This document shows, one piece after another, positions 54,207 through 64,000 of a stretch of 64,000 bases of DNA. The notes under the pieces were generated by a model, which was not told the DNA's origin, made no database searches, and saw only the letters and a list, made by a program, of their open reading frames with translations. Source of the stretch: Chrysomallon squamiferum (taxonomy: Eukaryota; Animalia; Mollusca); NCBI GenBank assembly GCA_012295275.1, contig CM022671.1, positions 13,330,001 through 13,394,000 on the forward strand, read 5' to 3'. A program made the position numbers and the translations under genes. Within the stretch, counting starts at the first letter, position 1. Each line of letters begins with the position of its first letter.

Positions 54207-55484
54207 ATAAATATATTTTATGATTTACACTAACAAAGGTAAGGATGGTTGCTCATATTACCAGCCATGTTGTACCACACCTTTCCTGCTTCAGTTTAAT
54301 CAAACTTTTCAAACGGGATAATTTTTGTGCAAATGCGTGCATAATAAACTAAAATTATAATTCGGTATAAGATTAATGTATTAATTTTTTAAGGTTGGCA
54401 ATGTTCCTGTGTCAGAACTCATCAGAAAAGAACATTCAGGAGTAGTTTGTACCCATTAAATTGGAGAAATCTGGAAGCCATTTTTTGAGCAGACGCAATT
54501 TGTGCCGTTACGAGTTATGGTGGTCAATGCTAATGTTGTACCTTTTATAGTTTTCCTATAAAAAAAAAAGTCATGTTCTCCCAAAGCAAATGATTTGAAG
54601 TTTCACAAATATCAGAAAAATATCTTAACAAAAGAACAAGCAAGATTTCAAGAATTATTTTCGTAAATTGATCGACTGGTTTTTGAAACACCTTTTTTTT
54701 TAAATATGTTTTTCTCTAGAAAATTCTACTCATATATGAAAACAAAATGATTAGGATAATCCTCAGCAAAATGCTACATCACGAAAGTGTTCCCTTTATT
54801 CGTTTCTAAAACTTCGGCCAGCTAGTACTGCGCAAAGATAGTCACTGACGCGCACAGCAAAAAAAGAAAAAAAAAAAAATCTCTTAAAGCGTTTCCAAAC
54901 GAAATTGGTATGACGTCAAGGCCTCATTCTGGCATAGCTACATTTTGAAGGTTTTTGTTAGCTCGTTCCAGAGACATGAATAAGAATAAAAGCAGACTGA
55001 CTTCATTTTTTACTGACATATGTACATTAGGTATCATGTATGTATGCATATATATATGTGTGTGAAAAAGAAATGAAAAAACAGTTATTTTGATTTCGTC
55101 CACAGCAGTCACGCTCTTCGTCACAAAGAAAGAATCTTTAAAAATATGACGTCACTGATGATTTTTGACGTCAAACAACCGTCTTGTAGTCTTGTATTAA
55201 TATATATACACCACAGAAAGGTTTGTACTGAAATTCACTTTGAATTTTCTAAAGAATCCGCCATTCTGCGACTAGCCTGTTTTAACCAAATCACCAGTCT
55301 TTGGACACTAATCATATTAACCCTAAAAGTGCAGATACAGTTTCAAACCTGAACTGCAGCAACGTGAACTCTTTAGTGCAACAGAAAATATCTTTTATAT
55401 AATCTTGTTTAATTGCAATTATCAGTTTATTATTATTATTATTATTATTTTAAATTCTGTTTTCGTTGCAGAAACTTTAAACGG

Positions 55485-57626
<2,142 letters not shown>

Positions 57627-57772
57627 GGGTCTTTAGTATCACTGCATCAATAGCAAAACAAAGAATAGGCTTTGTGATGAGTTTTAAACTGTTGAGAAAT
57701 AAATTGTTTTAACCTTTGTATTGTGTTGCTGTGTTTAGTTTCTAGCCGTATAGAAAGAGACTTCAAAGGAAA

Positions 57773-57857
<85 letters not shown>

Positions 57858-60309
57858 TGTGTATAATGTATAATACATTTAAAATAAAAAAAATGTTAAA
57901 ATAATATATGCAAAATGCTACATAAATATGAAATTATTAATTACCCCAAAACATTAATTAAACTATGAGAGCAGATAAATGCAAACATTATACATTTATA
58001 TATATAAACATTTTGTTTATATAATTTTACAGTTCTGATTATAGAATAATAACAATAACACACACACACACACACACAGCTAAACGTACGTATGAATACT
58101 ATACGAACGTAGTAAATAAATTATATAATACATGACTGATTAATAGTTAAATTTCTTAATGAACAGACCGATATATTATTATTTTCTGTTTCAAAAAAAT
58201 CATAAGACGAAGGTAATAAGTTACTGGATTCATGAAAACTGAATTTATTTTGATATCAAAAATAAATTGATAAAATTAAAATAAAACAATACGAATAAAT
58301 AAATAAATAAAATTAAAATAATAATGATAATAAAAACAAAAACATTCTCATATAATGAACAAAAGAAAACAATAGTAAATAAATAAAATAAAATAAAAAT
58401 AATGAATAAAAATACTACCAAAACATATTTGAAGTATGATTTTCTAAAGAGATGATTTTCTTATCACTTAATAGTTTCGACATATAATTAGCAATATAAT
58501 TATCATAAAGTATTACCATTAATTACTCTCAGTCTTTTGAATGCAGTATGCACCCTCGTGTTGATTTCTTGTACAATTACAATTAGATACTTTATAATTG
58601 TTTACGAAAAAGCAAATCAAAATTTGAAAAATATATTTTAAAATAAAAATAAATAAATAAACAATAAATATAATAATAATTTTTAAATAAATTAAATTAA
58701 ATTAATAAATCATTAAATAAACAACAGCAAAACCCCGAAATAAAAAAAATAATAATAAAAGAAAAAGAATTACAGATAGATGGATACGTATAAAATATAA
58801 AATAAAGATATTAAAATTGAGTAGATTCATTCTCGATTTTGACAGTGGACTGAAGAACCAATGACTATTTTTAAATAGTTTTATTTATCTGCAGTCTGGT
58901 GATTGTTGGTGGATATCCAGGACTTGATGACGTTTTCACTAAGCATGTTTAGAAATGCACTAAAATAATTTATTGTGAATGGTGGGATAGTCTCGACAGG
59001 ATAGTTACTTCTGGTGTACAGTTATCAAACAGTCATTTATATTTTTGTTTGTTTATTTATTTATTTTTTGAAAATCAGTTTTTGCTGCTGGTATTTTTAA
59101 GCATAAAAAGTCATTTCAGAGTATCAAAAAATATTGTGATTAATTTTTTAAATATTATTACCAGTTCCATTTGTTCATATGAAGAAAATCTCATATATAT
59201 ATTTAGACATGCAAATAAATTACAGTTAAATGTTTGCTTCTTTCGAGATACATACACAAACAAAATTATATACATGTAATAATGTTACAGTATAGGTATA
59301 CTTTTATACACACGAATTAACTATACATATAAAGTCTACATTAAAGAACAAATACATTAATCTAGGGTATATTTAGAGAAATCTTCTTTATTTCCTCAAA
59401 AAAATGAGAGTATTTAATGCATTAATATCTGTATATGTGCATACATGCATGCATGTATGATTCTATGTATGTATGTATGAATTTACACATTAAAAACGGA
59501 CTTGTAAAGGAATTTGTTTTCATCAAAAAAAATCTTTTTCCAGTTTTATCTGGAGGGATTCCAGTTAATTTAAAGTTGACCATTGTAACGTATATTACAA
59601 CGTGCTTTGATCCTTTGGCTATATATTTACTAGTTTCCTATTATATATTAAAACATTTATTTACATACATACTTTTTTAAACAAGATATACAAAAGCGTT
59701 CAGTGATGTATAAGAAAACATTTCTAGAACAGAAACAAAAAAAAATCTATTTAAAACTATACAAACAAAAAAGTATACAACATTTGGAAAAAAAACAAAA
59801 AGAAAATTCCAAAGAATTCGGGTCCCCCCACCCCAATAACAATACAAACATTTTAAAACATTTCAGTACCTTTTAGTGAATTAATTCTTAAATTGTTCGG
59901 AACTATAACTCTATATAGGCATATTACAGATTAAAATGTCCTTTAGACTTGGGTTTTTCCTTTAAGCTTTGACGAGACGTTGTGTTATTGAATTTTTCAT
60001 AGTAGTCTGTAAATTAAATTTTTATTCCTTCATAATATTACTAATGTCAACGTTGCGGCGATTGTAAAATATTGGGAAAATTAATTTTTGTCTCTCTTCA
60101 CATTTGCCCGTCTATTCACATCTATTCTAAATGTTTTTATCAGGTAACGTGCAGATTAGAACGCTTCTCATTAGAGACTAAAAAGGTCAGTTTCGGTTTT
60201 TGAACGTAGAATGTGGGTTTGATCTATTGGGATTGTTTCAAAATGATCTTCCAGTATATGGTCAGCTAGATTAAATTATTTGGCCACAGAAAAGTCCTAT
60301 ATGGATCTG

Positions 60310-60775
60310 GTACCAAACTTCATAATCCAGCAATCGGTGGGTGTCCGTGGGTTCAAAAATACTTTATAATCTAAAGTGATCTTTCAAACTGAATACACTT
60401 GTGAATTGTTACAGCCAAAAAATCTAAGTTTTATGTTATCATTTTGTTGATTCAGTAACTCAGTTTTTTCCACAATTTGTCTAAAAATGGCTTTTTGATT
60501 GCTTTATTTAATATCGCTTTTTCCCATTCTGCGATATACAAGGGAAAATTTGGGTTGAAACTTTAGCCATGGCGTAATTACAAACCTGCCGATACATTAA
60601 ATTCAAAGTCTTTAGCTTTTAAGCTTAAATCTAGTAATTCAAAGATGATTGCGGTTGGTCTGTCTGTACCTGAGTAGTTTTCGAACCATTTGTCAACAAA
60701 TTTTATGCCCATATCGATGTTTATGTTAGTGTACAGTATAAAGGGTAACTAAAAAAGGAATTTTCAGGTATTTTT
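60310..60775 (-). mobile_element. Degraded Penelope-like retroelement RT fragment
   Basis: Frameshifted minus-strand motifs IPENSFLVTL, LYTNINIDMGIKFV, IFELLDLSLKAKDFEFN, YRQVCNYAM, LYIAEWEKAIL, LLNQQNDNIKL, DFLAVTIHK and PTDTHRLL, in the order typical of PLE reverse transcriptases. Confidence 0.75.
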
Positions 60776-61184
60776 TAAAAATATTTTTTCATATATATTT
60801 TTGTAAGTTTTAACGATCTTGGAATCTGTCTTTGAAGGATGGGGTATCCAACCGGAATTTTCTGCGAAGGGTACGTTTTCTATGGCTAATAACGGTCAAC
60901 CTGATATGATTTCAAAATAAATATTTACAAACAGTACAGACGTTTGTGTAGATAATGGTTTTTAATAGTGTTAATACTAGCAAATCAATAGATATAATTT
61001 TTTTTGTTAACAATAACAGAACAAGTCGCATATGTAGATATGTAGATACCCTAGTGCATATTTACAGATATTGAAACGTTTTTGTTTGGTATTCTTGCAG
61101 TAGGCATATCTGCATCGAATTCTTTACACGTTTCCGATGATAGCCTGTGAAGTAATCAGAAATCATTTTAATCTTTCTATTCAT

Positions 61185-61520
61185 TAAATTCTTAAGTAGT
61201 AAAGTAAAGAAAATATAACAACGACAACAGCAACACTAAAAACAAGAATCCAATATTACAATTCATCTTACAATATTACAAGTCTTCTTCACTTACAAAG
61301 GATACACAGTAGTATTTTTAGTTGTAACTAATGATATATGACATTGATTGGTGCAGTAATAAGATAAATGCTATAAATAATATTTCACTGTACTTACCCG
61401 AGTGTAGAATCCAATGCCCATACAGGTGCTATCACCGCAACGTCATATTTGAAATTTGACATTTCATCATACCACATTTTAATAGTGTTTTATTTTCGAC
61501 CGGCATATTGTCCCACAAGC
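61185..61520 (-). pseudogene. Probable pseudogenised fifth Shisa-like paralogue (E), closest to D
   Basis: 61520-61398 reads GTICRS..NVKF[C]KY[G]RCGDSTC with small deletions and stops (compare D: NVRFCNYGCCDDLCC) and ends in the family-type GG|gtaagt donor. About 61255-61190 encodes YWILVFSVAVVVVIFSLLYYLR (compare the D TM FWIVVVCIGVAIV). Confidence 0.5.
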
Positions 61521-61808
61521 GGTGTGTTTATGTTGATTATTGTTTAGTCCAGTTATTCAGCAAGCGTTAATACTTTCTTTGTTAGTAGGCATTATTCGTA
61601 GGCAGATTGGGGAAGCGATGTGCTCGGGAGACATGCAAATCGGATGAACGGTACGAAAGTGTGGAAGTGGAACAAATTTAACGTGCTAATGAGAGCGAGC
61701 TGTTGTGAAGCATGTCTACGCCAGGCACGCTTTCTTACAGGCCAGTGGGCGTGTCTGTCACAATACGAAAGTGGACAGCATTTGACATTTATACCGTTTC
61801 CGCAGCAG

Positions 61809-61849
<41 letters not shown>

Positions 61850-62032
61850 ACAAAAATATTTAAAAAAATGGATTCTATAATGCGGACGACTACTCTCCAA
61901 AAGAAAATAATTTATAAACGTGAACATGTTTTCAAATAATAATAATACACACAGCTGATAATTAGCTATATACGAATTACCTAAATTACCTAAATGCCCA
62001 CACACAGACAATGAACAGAAAAAAAGAAGAAA

Positions 62033-62220
62033 AAAATGTTTTATTTTATGAGACACTCAACACATTTTATTTACGGTTATATGGTGTCAGACATATACTG
62101 AGAGAGGAAACCCGCTGTTGCCACTTCATGGACTGCTATTTTTGATTAGCAGTACGATCCAACAGACAGGGTGCACTGGTTGTACACGTAATGGCCCAAA
62201 TGGACCCACAGTCAGTGTAA
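62033..62220 (+). repeat. Degenerate copy of a high-copy gastropod interspersed (SINE-like) repeat
   Basis: ATGTTTTATT..CACTCAACACATTTTATTTACGGTTATATGGTGTCAGACATA..GAGAGGAAACCCGCTGTTGCCACTTCATGG..GATTAGCAG..CAGACAGG resembles a repeat I recall from peltospirid snail assemblies (from memory, unverified). Shorter similar fragments lie near 2175, 15320 and 16860. Confidence 0.55.
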
Positions 62221-62487
62221 AATAAATAATAAATAAAATAAAATAATAATAAAAAAGAAACTTTGTGTTGTGTGTGTATGATGCATATGACCAAAATAGG
62301 TTGTGAGGTGAAATAAAACTAAATAATTGGGCGATTTATTGTAAAGTTCAACTGTTACAAATAATCTTGACAATCGAGTTTTAAGACACGTGTGTTATTT
62401 GTTATATTCTGGTTTGTTACATTTTTTTCTTTCTTTCTTTGCACTAAATAAACTATAATGCAATATCAGTTTAATACCAAACTATAC

Positions 62488-62765
62488 TAATCCAGCTTTA
62501 CAGGAGCAGTTAGCCTTTGATAGCTGTTTTGTCTCCAAGCAAACCTGAATATGTGGTTTGTGTGCCAAGTCGTTTTTCCTCATGGAACGCCAGCATCTCG
62601 CATTCATTTTCGGTTGATTTTTATCTGTAATTTTTATATTGCGGATGTAGCCTTGCGTAAAATAATTAAAACCTTTCTGTTGTGCTTTTCTGGAAGATAT
62701 TAAACCTACACATCACACGGAATACTTGTTTCATCAGCTACTCCGTCTGCTACCGATTCCGCCAT
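62488..62765 (-). mobile_element. Remnant of a SWIM-finger ORF typical of the SWIM-YqaJ protein of ISL2EU-type DNA transposons
   Basis: ATG at 62765 (MAESVADG..), then disrupted KAQQKGFNYFTQGYIRNIKI..MNARCWRSM/RKNDLAHKPHIQVCLETKQLSKANCSCKAGL. A weak divergent THAP-like trace (LPPF..PTAEHKELL) lies on + near 62870-62915. Confidence 0.65.
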
Positions 62766-63382
62766 TTTGGATGTTAGCTTGTGGTACGTAGTAACAGTAA
62801 CTAAGGTAGGCGTGGCTTACGTAGTAATGTGGCAACATGAATTGCATCCTTGAAGGCAGGCAATCCCATTACCACCTTTTGCCCAACGGCAGAACACAAA
62901 GAACTGCTATTTAAAATAAAACTGTTTTGCCGTTAGAAAATTAATGAAAATAATGAACGTTCAGTTATCAGGAAACGGGTCTTTTATGAAACTAAGTAAT
63001 CCCAGAGGGCCGTACATTGCTTTAGAATTTATGTTATCTTTCATGGAACAAGACTGCTGACGTTTCCGGTAGGCAAAAATGTAGATCCGCTACTGTCACT
63101 AATACTATTTAATACATGTAAGTTATTAGCTTTCTTTCATAGTGATGATGTAATAAGAAACGGGAAAGCACGCTGACGTCGATCCGTAGACTCGTTTGTT
63201 TACACATTCCTATAATCTGAAAAGCAAAACTCATCACTTGTGTCGCAGAGGATAAAACGAGAAGTAGACGTAATGGGAATTGAATTGACAATTATATACT
63301 TAATGTAAAGCAGAAAGGAGCTCAGAAACTATAAATATCCCTATGTATTTTTGTTCGTGTGACTGAGAAAAAGATATATGTT

Positions 63383-63472
<90 letters not shown>

Positions 63473-63477
<5 letters not shown>

Positions 63478-63991
63478 ATAATTACGATTTTTTGTTTCTT
63501 GAATTAACATTAAACACCTATTACAATACTGTCTTGATACATTTACTAGGGAGTTCAGTCAAAATTTCAAGCAGGCCGTCAAAAGAAGCAATTAGCATTT
63601 TGAATGTTGTAAATTGGATAAGCAGTTTGTGAGCTACATCAAATCAAAGATGCTAAAATGCCTGATTTTTTTGAAACAGTGAGCCAGTAATTACCTTACA
63701 TCTTGAAACAAAGGTGGCACCAGAAATATCAAATTTTTGCTGTTCTTGTACATTTATGTTTCTAGATTCAACAGTTTTTACCCAGTTGTTGTCACATTTT
63801 GTATACTATTAAAACAGAGACTATGAAAGGTAACTATCAACATTATATTATCCAATATAATGACCTAGACCGTATGTGCATATAATATAGACACGCATGC
63901 ACCCATCTCTCAACATAGAAAGTGAAAATAATGTATTGCTCCCGTAACATTTGAAAACAAATTTATATATACTTGATCCCCTCTTGATAAA
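63473..63991 (+). repeat. Copy 2 of the ~520-bp duplicate next to (GA)n
   Basis: Near-identical to 47093-47611. Preceded by (TA)n(GA)n at about 63383-63472 and followed by (TA)n at the window end. Confidence 0.92.
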
Positions 63992-64000
63992 TATATATAT

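Noticed and set aside
53300-55400. CpG-enriched, TE-like stretches (possible Kolobok or piggyBac-type TTAA ends)
   Set aside because: I could not pair termini or find coding motifs, so they are left unannotated.

Overview
AT-rich, microsatellite-rich animal genomic DNA with GT-AG spliced genes. It is probably a gastropod mollusc (inferred from a repeat I recall from gastropod assemblies). All gene models were spliced by hand. From left to right: (1) an unidentified minus-strand multi-exon transcript running off the left edge; (2) PPP4R2 (+, 7 coding exons, ~669 aa); (3) a 210-aa secreted or GPI-type NtA/TIMP-like protein (-); (4) one CRELD gene (-) with two alternative last exons, giving a two-TM CRELD1-type form and a soluble KDEL-like (KMEL) CRELD2-type form; (5) a decayed RNase H-bearing LINE; (6) a 24-kb cluster of four Shisa-like/CYYR1-like single-pass genes (C*C*CC*CC ectodomain, very different tails) plus a probable fifth, pseudogenised copy. 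Also present: a U2 snRNA pseudogene whose pieces are in circularly permuted order; hAT, Tigger and mariner-type MITEs; Penelope and ISL2EU-like remnants; and a ~520-bp near-identical duplicate anchored on (GA)n tracts. No tRNA, rRNA or CRISPR features were seen.
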